From contig JALDZX010000052.1 in NCBI GenBank assembly GCA_022813865.1, positions 62,001-126,000 on the forward strand: DNA of 64,000 nt, written 5' to 3'. Made by a program: the position numbers and the translations under genes. The notes under the pieces were generated by a model, which saw only the letters and a list, made by a program, of their open reading frames with translations, was not told the DNA's origin and ran no database searches. Each line of letters opens with the position of its first letter. Positions within the stretch are counted from its first letter, which is position 1. This stretch comes from Xylographa opegraphella (Eukaryota). Positions 50,067 to 63,400 of the stretch are shown piece by piece.

Positions 50067-51284
50067 ATGTTTGCCCGACCACTTTTCCGCTGCTCGCAGC
50101 CAATCAAGAACGTAAGATGCTCTCATTCTCGTGTCATTAGCAACTCTCTGCTACACTATCGAACACGTATTTATTAGACCTACTTACACCGCGACGCAGA
50201 ATATCCGTCGCTATGCCACCGAAGGCTCTTCGGCAGGCAGCTCCAACACCCTTCTCTACTCCGGAGTCGCCGCAGCCGCAGCTGCAGCAGGAGGCTATTA
50301 TTACTACAGCGGGAGTAGCGGCGCGGTGAAGAGTGGAAGGAGTCGAGAAAATGCCGTATCGACTTCCGAACCCAAAACTATCGAGCCATCGGGTCCTCAG
50401 AGTAAAACCTTTACCGGAGGAGATCAAGGATGGATCGATTTGAAGTTGAAAAATGTTGAGGTGATAAACCACAATACCAAGAAGCTTCGTTTCGCGCTCA
50501 ACAGCGATGATGATGTTTCCGGACTTCAGATTGCTTGTTCGTATTGCTTTCATGGAACTTACAACTAGCCTGCTAAGTAGTTTTAGCTGCACTTCTTACC
50601 AAGTACAAAGGCCCCGAAATGGAGAAGCCTGTTGTTCGACCGTATACGCCGACCAGTGATGAAGGTATGTCATTCCGACTATCCATTGGATTCCCCTACT
50701 AATGTTTTCAAACAGCTGCTCGCGGCTACATTGACTTGATTGTCAAGAAATACCCCAATGGACCCATGTCATCGCATCTGCACGACATGGAACCGGACCA
50801 ACGCCTTGCCTTTAAGGGTCCCATCCCTAAATATCCGCTCGAAGAAAATAAGCACAAGCACATTGCTCTTATCGCCGGGGGTACGGGCATCACGCCCATG
50901 TATCAGCTCGCACGCGCAGTTTTCGGACGTCCCAACGACAAGACGAAAGTCACTCTCGTCTACGGCAACCTCACTGAAGAAGACATCCTCCTGAAGAAGG
51001 AGTTCGAGGAGCTGGAAAACACATACCCGCAGCGCTTCAGGGCGTTCTATGTGTTGGATAACCCGCCGGAGCACTGGACGCAGGGATCAGGACATGTTAC
51101 CAAGGAGCTCCTGAAGACGGTCCTGCCTGAGCCGAAGGAAGAGGGCTTGAAGGTGTTCGTATGCGGGCCTCCGGGAATGTACAAGGCCATCAGCGGCACG
51201 AAACCGAGTCCTTCCGACCAGGGCGAGCTGTCGGGAATGCTGAAGGAGCTGGGCTATAGCAAGGACCAGGTGTACAAATTCTAA
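50067..51284 (+). CDS. MCR1: Mitochondrial NADH-cytochrome b5 reductase
   Basis: Presequence-like [21 protein letters not shown], short TM anchor, [35 protein letters not shown]. Three introns. Confidence 0.92.
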
Positions 51285-52098
51285 AGCGAAGACATTGGTA
51301 CGGAGGAGGGGTCCATACTTTTACTCAACCTGCTTCATGTTCTGTAGAAGACGCAAATAGACGCTTAGATCGTTTTCTTGCCCGATGAAGGATGATACCA
51401 ATCGGATTTGGGTATCATATTCACATCTCTCCAATGTCTTTTTTTTGGTGAGACTCATTTCATTGGGAGTGCAGGCACAGGGCCGACTGACGAGAATATG
51501 TCACAATCATATCCGCGAGGCCATCTCTCGAGCTCGATATTCCAAGCTCATCTTAACTGGTAAGTAGCATATGCCACCTGTCCGGTTCGAGGGGTGGCAT
51601 CCCTGACACGGTACCCGTATTTTCAATCCGTGGATCACTCGCCAACATTTCCCATCACTCGTCATGATGAGTCGTAGTCAACAGTTTTGACACTGTTGGC
51701 GATCGGGTACTAACCTAGGATCGTGTAGCCCAGAGCAACCGAATCCGGAAATGTCGGCCTCCTCTTGCTTCGTGGGGAGGAGTAGACGAGGAGGAAATGT
51801 ACAAAGGCACAAAATAGCAAGAGAGCTATCCCGACAATGACATTGTTGGCGCGCTCTTGTCTCGTGCAGGGGAACCGAGAGACAATGGATCGCTAGACAA
51901 TGGTAAAAACAAAGGGGCCTGCTGAATGGTATTGTACCTTGGTACTACTATGCCTTTGTCCCCTTCCATTTTCCTATATCAACATCTTCTCCCTCTCTTT
52001 CCTCCTCTTTCCTTCCTCTTTTCTCGCCCGAAACCTACCCCCCCCCCCCCCTCCTACCGACTTCACCACCGCTGAAACCGCTTCCATCTTCTCACACC

Positions 52099-52755
52099 AT
52101 GTCAACAATAGACCAACCACAGGAAACCCCCGGCGCGCTCGCACTGTGCACCATCTACGGCATCACCTACCCGTCCTGCACGCACGGCATCCGCATCTTC
52201 TGGCACCGCCTCGCATGCACCAGCCCCGCAGCCCCGCCAGGCGAGTTGCCCACGTGCGCACAACTGCAGGACCACCGCATGCGCGTCGATTTCCCCTGCG
52301 CGCTCTGCGACGGTGCTGACGTGCACAGCAAACAGCAGCAAGAACAGGGCTCGCCGCTACCAGAAGCGTGTGACGCAGCGCTCGTGCCCCTGCCGGCGGA
52401 GACGCAAGAGGAAACGCTGGAGCGGGCGCGCTTGGCGCGCGTGGCTTCGGAGGAGCGCATGCTGAGCGAGGGCACGACGCTCGAGATCGAGAACCGGCGC
52501 AGCCGCCAGAACAAGGACGCGGCGAGGAAGCTGAGGGCGTACGCGGCGCGGTTGCAGCGGGGCCTGGAGAGGCGCTTCAGGAGGGAGGAGGAGGATCGGA
52601 ATGGGTTCTGGCACGACCATTCGGATGGGTCGCGGTCCGATTATCTGGACGGGTCGTCGTCGTCGTCTGGTGGTGGGAGTGGGTCGGGGAGTGAGCATGA
52701 TGTGGATGAGGATGAGGATGAGGATGAGGATTTTATAACGAGGATGGCCATTTGA
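52099..52755 (+). CDS. Hypothetical protein with an N-terminal Cys/His cluster and acidic tail
   Basis: GC-rich 218-aa ORF with a good start context (CACCATG) after a CT-rich leader. Pattern C-x8-CxH...C...C...CxxC, a helical charged middle, and a DE-repeat C-terminus. Confidence 0.65.
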   Translation: MSTIDQPQETPGALALCTIYGITYPSCTHGIRIFWHRLACTSPAAPPGELPTCAQLQDHRMRVDFPCALCDGADVHSKQQQEQGSPLPEACDAALVPLPAETQEETLERARLARVASEERMLSEGTTLEIENRRSRQNKDAARKLRAYAARLQRGLERRFRREEEDRNGFWHDHSDGSRSDYLDGSSSSSGGGSGSGSEHDVDEDEDEDEDFITRMAI

Positions 52756-54000
52756 ATGATATCGCTCGGAGGAGCCCCCTGAGTCACTGGACGGTGCGTC
52801 TTTGTTCACATTGTCGGATTCTGGGATAGCCGTGCGACTGGATTTGTGGTTCGATAGGGGCTTTGGTTCCTGTTTCTTTTTTGGTGGGATTGCCGGAGCT
52901 GGATTTTGATTTGGGGTCCAAAGATCGATCAGTATGTAAGAGTAGGTAGTTAACACCAATAGCTGTGGAGAATGATAATGAAACAATGCTCTGGATATTA
53001 CGTGTTCATCCTCACTTATGGACAGGTTAGTGCAGCTGTAGCAAACAACAGGTCACCCCTTCCCTCATTCGCCCCCCTTTCCGAATCCGTTCCAGAGAGC
53101 AGGGACGTTAGTTATGATGACTTGTGTGTAAACAATAATAGGCACTATCCTTTCGCCGAGTCACTTCATTTTGATCCTCATGTACTCGACATACATGTTC
53201 CAGGTAGAGGTTTTCCACCCGAACATCTCCAGACCATTGGCCAGGAAGTGACCGTTCTATCGGTTGTTGAATGATTGCATCCATAGAATGCAGCGCCATT
53301 GTTAGAAGACTTCAGAACATAATAACTAAGTAGGAACGTACTGAGCGCAGAAAATGGGATGGTGGCACAATTGGATGTGCTGGTAGAAAGAGTTTCGAGA
53401 CATGAAGCAGACTCTGACGATTGGAATGTAAGAGACCACACCCTGCCCCAGGACTATTGGTGCCGTATATGATATAATCAGTGCCACAACGCATGAAATG
53501 ACTGAATGCTAAAAGTTGAGAGGTGATGAAGACGCTGTCTGTTGTGGCACGGCGTAATAGATCGTCGAAACAGCACGAGCACGCAACTCGAAGACAGCTG
53601 AGAACCCATACTTCGTTCCATGGTACTTTCATATCGAGTCCCGGCAGAAGCCGCTCTTACAGTTATGAAGATACACTGAGGGTGGAGGCTTTGGGGCTTC
53701 TTCCACGCCACCTGCAGAATATATGCCGTTTTCTGAAACGTAGCGAGGGACCAATAGGGAGCTTCCGAAGTGATATTGCCTAGAAATGCTGGGCATGACT
53801 GCCGGTCCCATCTGGGCTGATCAACCACGCAACGAAAGCATCGATTTGATGCCCATCCGTCACTCACCCGAGGCGCATGCGTGCGACGTTGCATCGGCCT
53901 TATGATTGACCGCAGCCGCAGGCCGCTTTAACCGCATCCAGCCGATCACGTCTATTTGGAGCAAGGTGTGGGAAGGTTGCACCACCCATTCCCATTCTTT

Positions 54001-54030
54001 GTTCTTGTTCTTGTTCTTGTTCTTGTTCTT
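54001..54030. repeat. Hexanucleotide microsatellite (GTTCTT)5
   Basis: Five perfect tandem copies. Confidence 0.9.
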
Positions 54031-54638
54031 GGGAATCTGGCAGTGGAGGAGACTGCGATGGCTCAGATCTTCTGCCTCTAGATCATCTTTGCTCTTCATG
54101 TGCAATTCTGCACGCGAGGCTCGAGCTCGATGATTCACGATCAAGTCGAGCATGTTGTGGCGGACTGATCGCAAGGCCTGGACCCTGCAGACCACACGGC
54201 CTACCGTCGTACACATTGCGAACAGCTTGCTTCATACCCACACCTTCCAGGCACACAACAGGATGTGGTGTTTGCGCTGCGAAATAGCGAGTTTCAATCG
54301 AGGACAAATACCAGGGCCTCCCCACCATCTTGTCCCTCCCCCCCTGCTGTTCTGCACCTGTGCATTCGTGGCGGGGTGCTTCGATACCACATCAGAAGCA
54401 CACCTCTTATCTATCTGACCTCCTGGTCACCAATCTCGATACTGCTGAGTTCGTACGTTTGAGGCACAGATGCTGCCGTTCTTCTCTGGATTTCCCGGCG
54501 GATAAAGGCGGACTTCCTTCCGTTGGACGTTTCTGTCATGCATATACATCCTATTCTCCTGTATTCCATATTCGTTCTGATCTTCAGATCCCCTAATAGG
54601 TGGCACTTTGTCGTATGCTGTTCTCTTACTTCCCGATC

Positions 54639-55851
54639 ATGAGTACGCTCTCGCAGAGCGGTCTAACAGTAATTACTCTCTTTTCATCAGTCTCAAGGTC
54701 CCGCTTACTAGTGGTTTCTAACGTCTGCTGGAAAGGCGTTATCATGGACTTTCACCATGGCTGCGATAGTCCTGACTGCTGGCCGCTATGCTATACGAGG
54801 CTGGATGTTACGGAAATTGGATTGGGATGATGCAACTCATCTATTCGCACTGGTGGTCCTTGTTGCCTACGTAGCCACGTATACGGCGATGTTTCCAATA
54901 AATTATGCAGTTGAGGACTGGGTCACGGGCAATGGAGAGATGCCATCAATAGGAGTTCTTGACCTGTACTTGCATTATGAAATGGCTGTTTGGCTCCTGT
55001 TTTGGGTTATTATATATCTTGTCAAATTCTCGTTCTTGCTTTTCTACCGTAGTATCTTTGGTGTTTCTCGAACTTTCAAGAAAGCCTGGTGGGCTGTGAC
55101 GGTCTTTACTTTCCTCACTTTCTGGGCCTGCTTCTTCGCAATGCTGTGGAGCTGCAACAAGCCTTCACTGCTATTCATTGTTGGTGAGTAGTTTTGTCTG
55201 AGACCATTTTGGAGGACGTCCATTCACAAAGTCTAGAGGAGTGTCTGTCGAAGTCTGCTCTAAACATTCAAGCAGTGTTTGTTACCATGTGGTGCATTTT
55301 GAATATCATTTCTGATCTGAGCAGTAAGTACCATTTCTCATAATGAAAAGAATGCCACTCACGAACTCAAAGTCATGGCCCTGCCTTTATGGATGTTGAA
55401 AGGACTACGCATTTCACGAGCCCAGAAAATTGGGTTGGCGGCAATCTTTCTCATTGCGTTCATCGATATCTTGTTCGACATCCTCCGGACCATATACACT
55501 GTCAACGGAGCCGCCGTGGGTCTCGACACCACCTTTGACATTTTGGAGCCCTCAATTGCAGTCATCATTTCGACATTGCCGACTTATCGTGCCCTGTTCA
55601 TGACGCGAAGGCGCACGGAGGTAGGGAGCTCGTTCGGAAATATGAAGACAAGCAATATCAGCACCAGTGCACAAAGTGCTGGGGGAGAAGCGTACGAGCT
55701 CAGTCCCAGCGAAACAGGCTTCGACCTGAGTGAGAGCGGTATGGGGTTGTTTTCAGACACGGGTAGAGGCAAGGATCTCGTGGAGCCGAGATCCGAGGGC
55801 TCGATGGACTCGAAACAGTATCCGGTAGACCGGATCTACCAAGCTGTATGA
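54639..55851 (+). CDS. PTH11-like integral membrane protein (fungal rhodopsin-fold family, no CFEM)
   Basis: GRYAIR...LDWDD, YLVKFSFLLFYRSIF, NIISDL|MALPLWML..LRISRAQKIGL..IF, LEPSIAVIISTLP. Introns at about 54669-54736, 55184-55236 and 55324-55371. Confidence 0.85.
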
Positions 55852-56594
55852 TATACATGGCTTTGTAGTTGCAACGATTCAGTCGGGCACTTTTGGAGCA
55901 GTTGGGGACTTGGATACTGCTTGTACATGGTTGGGAGCTGGATACCATTTCGACGAGTGGTCACCGAGGCCAGGGTTGGAGTACATTTACGAATAGAAGA
56001 GAGGATGACTCCAATGTCACAGACGCTTGCCAATACATCGGCCGCATTGCCTGCGATGAGCAGAACATTTGAGCTATGCTGTTACAGATCAAGGGTGTAT
56101 CGTTATCTATCATTCTCCATATGCGCCTTCCGCCCCTGACCGCTGTTAAGCCTTAGGGTGACCGTAAATTATAATCTATAGCGAGCTGCACCTTGTTCAA
56201 GTGCACCATAAAGCAGGTCCATGCTTAATGATGAGATTCCCCTGTTGGCAGCATTTATCTCACAGCACTTTTTCGCTTTCGTGTCCTGGCTGCGCAATGG
56301 CACCAGGGTGGCGGTGGAAAGGCGACAGCCACAAGATCTGCCGCGCCACATATCCCATTTGCACAGCCACATGTGCGTCATCCTTTTGGACCCTCGATTT
56401 GGAATCCAGAAACGCAAAGCGGGACAAGTCTTGGCGTTAATACCATGAACATGGAAATGACGGCGCTTGGCCGACATATATATTAGGCGTGTATGCTCAC
56501 CTACCTACTGGACTGTAAACATAAATAGACAGAAAAGTACAAACACGCTGTCGTTCCTGTCCAGGCTGTCTTGATCCTCGTGGTAGCTCAACCA

Positions 56595-58215
56595 ATGGCT
56601 GCCGGGCACAACGACCCACGGCTGTTATACAGCATCGCCAACATCAACGCCTACCACATTCAAGATGGCGAGGAATCCCCGCTCACGCAGTCTGGGCCAC
56701 AGACCCTTTCTTTGCTGATGGTTCCCACCTCATCCCCTTTCGTCGACTCCTTCACAGCCGAGCCTCCAGCGGCACCAGAAGAGGACTTTTACCTTCATCT
56801 CCACCTTCCACCTGAGCTCGACCTCTCACTACCTGCCACCACTCAGATATATCACCAACCTCCTCGCAGCTATCTGATCCCTCGATGGGATCTAGGTCCT
56901 GATTCGGGTGCTTTCACGAGAATCGAGTTCCCCAAAATAGGCACTCCGCCGGATCGAGTTTCCCAAGAAGATATAGATACCTTTGAGACAATCCTGGCGC
57001 AGTGCACGGCATTTCTTGAGCGAGCGCAACCGCCCGGTAAGAAGGGCTATGGGGAGTATAATCCAGCCGAGTATGCCCCCGGCGAAGGCTATATGGACAG
57101 CGATTCCAAACAGCCTCACCGAGGTCACATTGTCCTGATTGATGAGGAGGATGGTAGTGTGGTGGGCGAACTTGGCGAGGGATATGATCTGATGGAAGGA
57201 CCTGGTGTCATGCCAGGATCGAAGAGTAGGTTGCATCTTATTACGACACAGTTGTTCAATGCTAACATGCCTCTCAGACCCTGTGGAGATCCATCTACCG
57301 GAGCAAGGCCAAGGGAACCGGATCAGCGTCAATAACGTATCGGATGAGTATTTGAGGATGGCAAGACACCCGGCTTACAAAGATTCACATATCGTTCAAA
57401 ACGCGGCGACGGCGTCACGTCTCATTGTGACTGGTTCCGGATACCTTTCCAACGCCATCAACTCTGGTGCGACATCGTTCACGCAGAAAACGAAGGCCAA
57501 TCCCAACCCACTCACTTTCACCCCCACCACTCAGGCCAGGATAAGGAAGCTGAATAGTCTTACCAAGGGCGCCGTCGGTCTATCGGCCAAGACGGTTGGA
57601 CAGGTGAACAGATATGCGCAGAATTTGGGCGCGACGATGGCGCGCCGAAGCGAACAAAAGCAAAGAGGTGCCAAAGGATACGATCCTGACGGCAAGCCGA
57701 TCGAGGATTACAAACCTGGACTGTTGAACAAATCCATGATAGCATTCTCCACCGTTGCAGATGGCATCGAACAGTCTGCGAAACAGCTCTTGACGACCGG
57801 ATCGTCGGCTGCATCGACCGTGGTTGCTCACCGGTTCGGTCCGGAAGCGGGCCAAGTGGCCGCAAACCTTGCAGGCGGGGTCAGGAACGTGGGCCTTGTG
57901 TACGTTGACGCTGCAGGTGTGTCGCGGAAAGCGGTCATCAAGTCGGTAGCGAAAGGCATGGTGGTCGGCCGGATGCCCAGTGGGCAGGATCTCATTGTCG
58001 GGGGAGGCGATGGCGGTGAGGTACCGCCGGAGGCTTACCGGCAGAAAGGCGAGAAAGGAGGAACACCAAAGGAAGATCACAACACGAGGACTGGGCAGAT
58101 GTCGAGCGGTCGGCCTGGATATGGCAACGCCGCACCACCTTCGTACACCAGCGGCGCCGGGGAGCCGTTGGACTCGTCGGATCGCAAGGCGGAGGATTAT
58201 TACGGAAAGCGCTGA
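56595..58215 (+). CDS. Spartin/senescence-domain protein
   Basis: N-terminal EEDFYLHL..PPELDL..PATTQIY region and C-terminal senescence-like helices (KGAVGLSAKTVGQV, LLNKSMIAFSTVADGIEQSAK, VVAHRFGPEAG, NVGLVYVDAAGVSRKAVIKSVAKG). Intron at about 57226-57277. Confidence 0.8.
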
Positions 58216-60434
58216 CTGGGCAGGAAGGGATCGTTGATGAGGTACGATAACGACTCGTCAAGGGTTTTGCGTTTATTTACCGACGGAAAGGTCATATGTG
58301 CATAACTTTGTTGGGTGGTGTCTGCGGTTCACGAAAGCTGAGGAAACAGCATGTGCTTGTCTGTCTCTGCAAAGGGCATCATTCAGCTTGGGCCATCTCA
58401 CTCATCTCGCTAATGAATGGCACTTGGTGTTCAATCCCATACTCAGCATGTGAGAGAGCTTTGCGGTAGATAACGTTAGATCTAATGCGAATGCGAACCC
58501 ACCAGTTCAATCTGTCATCCAGACCATGGTTCTCTCCGCATTGGTATAGTCAACGAAGTGCCGAGAAAGCGACTCCGTTCGCGATTGTTGGCCAAGTTTC
58601 CCGAGTCCAAGACATAGAATCAATGGCTGGTGGAGGGCAGCATCCACTCCATCCGTGCATGGCTGGCGGCCGGCTGCAGCTCCAACGGCGTCTGTGAGAG
58701 GCAAGCGTGGCTCCGCAGATGGTTAGCTGCTGCTAAAGTTAGGCGGTGCCTTTCGAAGCCGCAGGGGTGCAACGAGGATCGTGTGTTTCAGCAGCCATCC
58801 TTGCGGCGCGCCGGCCCCTTTCTAGTGGACGACCCAAATTCCACGTAACGCCAAATCTCCGTGCTGGACTGATGTCTGTGGTTATCAAAGGTCGAATGGG
58901 AACCGAAGGGGCGTGAGAGCACGGCGCGATGCATTGAAGACTGTTGGGAGAGTAGGTCGTACGGTCGCTGGACATGTTCGCCTCTCTGGTTTGAGCTTTG
59001 ACCGATCATTAAGAGGTCTTCATACTGCGGACCAGGACTCGATGGAGTTATGGGGGTGTCTGTTGAAGCATGACGGATTCGAGTGACCGCCGTATCCAAA
59101 GAGCGGTAGATACGCAGCAGGTCCATGATCTGGGTACCTCGGCTGCATGTTTCAACAGCCGCTCCATAGAAATAGAAGCATGTTCCACGGGTATTATTGT
59201 GCGGAACAATCAGTGACGAGATTCATGAGACTCGGAGAAATTCGTTGACTGACGGTACTTACGGTGATTGAAAGTCATACGTTTCTGCTGCACCTTGGTG
59301 ACGATCCAGGAGAGGCGTAAGCGCTCTAAGCTCCGATCAGTTGATGTGCTAAGGCGATATTAACGATCAGGTGGTCGAGATATAGTTTCCTGGCGGAGTA
59401 GATAGAGGCTTGGTGTTGGCGGAGATGCGAAGCTGCAGCGTGTCCGTCCGTGTACGGGACAGATCGAGATAGACTTTCAACTGTTGCTTGGGGAGCCAAC
59501 TACCTGCTCCGTAGAGGCTTTAGCTGAGGCCGACCCCCTATCCGGCGAAGATCCCGCCCGAAGATGCCCCCCCCGGTCGGCAGCAACGCGCCTACCCTGC
59601 ACCCGCCAAGAAACGAGATTGCGACTCTGGCTCGGCAAGCTTGAAGCTAGCTGAGTGCCAACAGAAAGACTCAAGAGACAGCAACACCCAGCCCAGGCTT
59701 GGATACGCTGGTCATCAGCATCAGCGCAACTCCTCCCTCTCCGCCCAATCCCCCCCTCCATCTCGCCTCTCCCCTGGCCACGCCGTCCAGTCGCCTGCTC
59801 GAGGCCTCTCTACAACCTCGTCAAGTGAGCAATGGGAGTCGGTCGGCGCCCTTGTCAACCGCTGTGACCCATCGCTCCTTTCCGCTTGTGATTGCAGTTT
59901 CGATAATTCTTTCACTCCACCAAACCATCGTGCCGCCAGAACCTGGAGCTCCATTGCAATCGGATATGGTCCTCACAGCGTGTTAGACGTCCCAACACTC
60001 GCCGACTCTCCTGGAACATTTGCTTGCCTTCCCGCTTCCGATCACCTGCGACTAGCAGCTGAGAGCTCCGACCACTTCACAATCCTCATTCACCTCCGGA
60101 TCACCGAGATTGCATCTACTCTTCATTCCATAGCAAGTTCGTCGGTTAATGCGCACGACTGTGGCTATTGGCCTTATCTCCAACTCAGAACTCTCTGGTG
60201 GTTGACGATCGAATGGTACAATAAGCAGCACAAATAATAAACACGAGGATCAGTGAAGAACGGCGTGTTGCACTGGGTTGGCCAAGATACCGAGGCTGTT
60301 CTCTGGATTTTGTGTTAATCAGGAAGACAATAGAGGGTGTCACGCGTTTGATTGGTCGTACTGAACTGCATCAAAGCTTGGCTTTATCTACTTCAGGGAT
60401 CCCAACCCATCGAGAAGTTCACTGCACGTTCACA

Positions 60435-63400
60435 ATGGCTGTACAGACCTCTCCACAGCATATGCAGAGCTCTGTGGCGTCAGACCCGTATTCAATCGAG
60501 GCCCCATCATCAAGGCGCCACTACGCTCAGCATACATCCCAACCTAGCGATGTATACCTACCTGCCAGCTCGCCGCCATCATCAAGACGGCCTTCTCGAC
60601 GACCTAGCGGTAACACTGCCCAAATAAGCAGTCCTATCTCACCGCAGCAAGCGCAGTATCAATCTCCAAAGGGTGCCCAATCTCAAAATGCGACTACGGG
60701 CCGGAGTCAACCCATGACTCCGAATGATTATCCAACCACCGGAAACACAATAAGTGCTACATCACCGCCATCTGCGTCAAGCCGACGAGAGCAGCGAGGC
60801 GATCAAGACCAATCCAGTGGACCACCTATACCACCGCCTCCAAGGACGTCGTCGAATCATCGAAGTGCGACCACTACTGCCCCAATCAACGTTGCAATGC
60901 CTAGCAGAACAGTTGCATCACATCAGTCTGGCAGGTATGGGGACGAGCAAGGATCCTCACCAAGGTTCGCAGAAAAACAACGATTTGGAGATCGTGGAAA
61001 TATTGACGACGTACAAACAAATGAGGATCCGTGGTCAGGATCTGATCACATTCAGGACGACCCAACAACAACGGCGCCAACAGCAGCTCGCTCAAGACGG
61101 AGGAATCCTACGTCACCGGAGGCACCACAGAGGTCTGCGAGCACCCGCGAGCCGCGGCCTGTTCAATTACCCGCGAACGTGCAGAGCAGATCAGTAGCCA
61201 ACATCGGCCTTGATACACCGCTTGTGAAGGTTTCCCGAGACGGTAATGAGGTTATAAAGCGGATGGTTATTGACGATCCACAAGTGGACTTGAGTCGAGC
61301 AAGGGAACGACTAGCGGAGGTTATGCCAAGCTCACCGGCGATGAATAGTCCAGCAATATCTAGTTTGGGAGGTGGCGGCGGTAATGAAGGCGGAGATGAT
61401 GGCAGTAGGAATGCGGGAAGAAGTCGCCAAGATCATTCTGCCAGTACTGCAAGGAGGAAAGAAACCAAATTTGGTGATTACGTTTTGGGACAAACCTTGG
61501 GCGAGGGAGAGTTTGGCAAGGTCAAACTTGGTTGGAAGAAGGATGGCAGTGTTTCAAGTGTCCAGGTCGCCATCAAGCTGATTAGACGTGAGAATTTGAA
61601 CACGAACCCAACCCGACTTCCGAAAATTTACCGGGAAATCAAGATTCTCAGTCAACTATCACACAAAAACATTGTACGCCTGCATGAGATGGTGGAAACC
61701 GATAAGTATATTGGTATAATCCTGGAGTATGCTTCCGGAGGAGAACTGTTTGACTACATTCTTACTCATCGCTATTTGAAGGATAATGCCGCTCGGAAGT
61801 TGTTTGCTCAGCTGGTGTCCGGCGTGGGTTATCTTCATAAAAAGGGCATCGTTCACAGGGATCTCAAATTAGAGAATCTTCTCTTAGACCGGAACCGGAA
61901 CATCATCATTACGGACTTTGGATTTGCAAACACGTTCAATCCTCGAGATGAACTAGGAGAAGAAATTGAATACAATCTAACAAATCGAGACTTTGTCAAG
62001 AAAATGGATCTCGAGCGCCTCAACAATGACGGCTTCCGCAGAGGCGATCTGATGCAAACTAGCTGCGGAAGTCCTTGTTATGCTGCTCCAGAACTCGTTG
62101 TAACAGACTCCCTATATACGGGAAGAAAGGTAGATGTATGGAGCTGTGGTGTCATTTTGGTATATCTATCTGTTCCATTGAATCGTGATAAATGCTAATA
62201 TTGCTATACAGTACGCCATGCTTGCAGGATATCTTCCATTCGATGACGATCCAGCTAATCCCGAGGGTGATAATATCAATCTGCTTTACAAGTACATCAT
62301 GTCAACTCCACTAACGTTCCCCGAATATGTCACTCCTCATGCTCGTGACTTGCTTCGACGGATTCTTGTGCCAGATCCACGTAAGCGAGCCGACTTGTTT
62401 GAAGTTGCTCGCCATAGCTGGCTCAGCGAATACGCTCACGTGGTGGTGCATGTCACGAGTAGCACAACAACTATTGGAGATATTCAGAATACGACAGTCA
62501 CATCAGGTAGGCACTATTTTCAAAATAGATGACCCATGAATGTATCAACTAATCATGTTATAGATAACCAAGAGGCTCCCTTGTTAGCCAGAAGTGCTTC
62601 GGTTCGAGAGCCCACCAAACCCACTGTGTCGAACGTGTCTCCAGTCGGTGGGCTCAGTCATCAAGGTAAGATTGATCCGGAAAAGGCAGAGAAATCGAAA
62701 ACGCCTCGCGATCCCAAGCGTAGGACTGTTCAAGTCGAATACGTGGCACCTCAGTCGCAAACTGTGCGTGGCGAATTATCTCCTCCACCACCTCCACAGC
62801 CAGGTGCGTTGGGACCTCCTCTGCCGGCACAGTTCCAAGAGCGGAATCGATCTAGTGGTCCAGCTTCGACCGAGTCTGCTAGGAAAACAAGTCAAGTGTC
62901 CGCTGCCAGGAAGCCTCTCCCACAGGATCCTCCTGTCTCCCCAGATCTAAGGGGTTTTCAGGAATCTCAAGTCGGGTCGAATCTCAGAACAAATCAACGT
63001 CCTGCAACTTCGCAGCCAGTCATGCAACCGCCTGCGCGTCCCATAAGAGATCCACCGAGGTCAGTGTCCGACTCGATAAACGCTTTTGGTCAATTACCAA
63101 CATCGTCTGCAACTCGACCAACCACGGGAGGCTCTATGGTATCTACAGGTGCCGGGAGACTGCCTTCTCGAGGCAGCTCTTATAGTCAAGTCCTTGGACC
63201 GACTGTTGTCGCTACCAACGCGCAAGGGAAACTTGCGCAGCCGAAAAATGGCAGGAGCTACAATATCTCTGCACCCATACCACAAGCCGAACCTTACATC
63301 TCCGACCCCTCGATTGGCGTGTCAAGTGCTCAGCCTGTTCCCTCGAGATACAGCCAGACCCCACCTGCACGTGATGATGCCAAGTCTCATAAGCGGTCTA

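Noticed and set aside
51660..51850. TGATGA box and two short hairpins (CAACAG/CTGTTG; GACAATG/CATTGTT)
   Set aside because: No suitably placed D box or guide sequence, and the stems are short enough to be chance.
53478..54596. Cluster of overlapping short ORFs around the (GTTCTT)5 repeat
   Set aside because: No family motif; the KN/LF repeat peptides just reflect the microsatellite.
58485..60237. ORFs upstream of the Kin4-like kinase, including 59641..60237
   Set aside because: The longest has a non-ATG start and a low-complexity Ser/Pro composition consistent with promoter or 5' UTR sequence.
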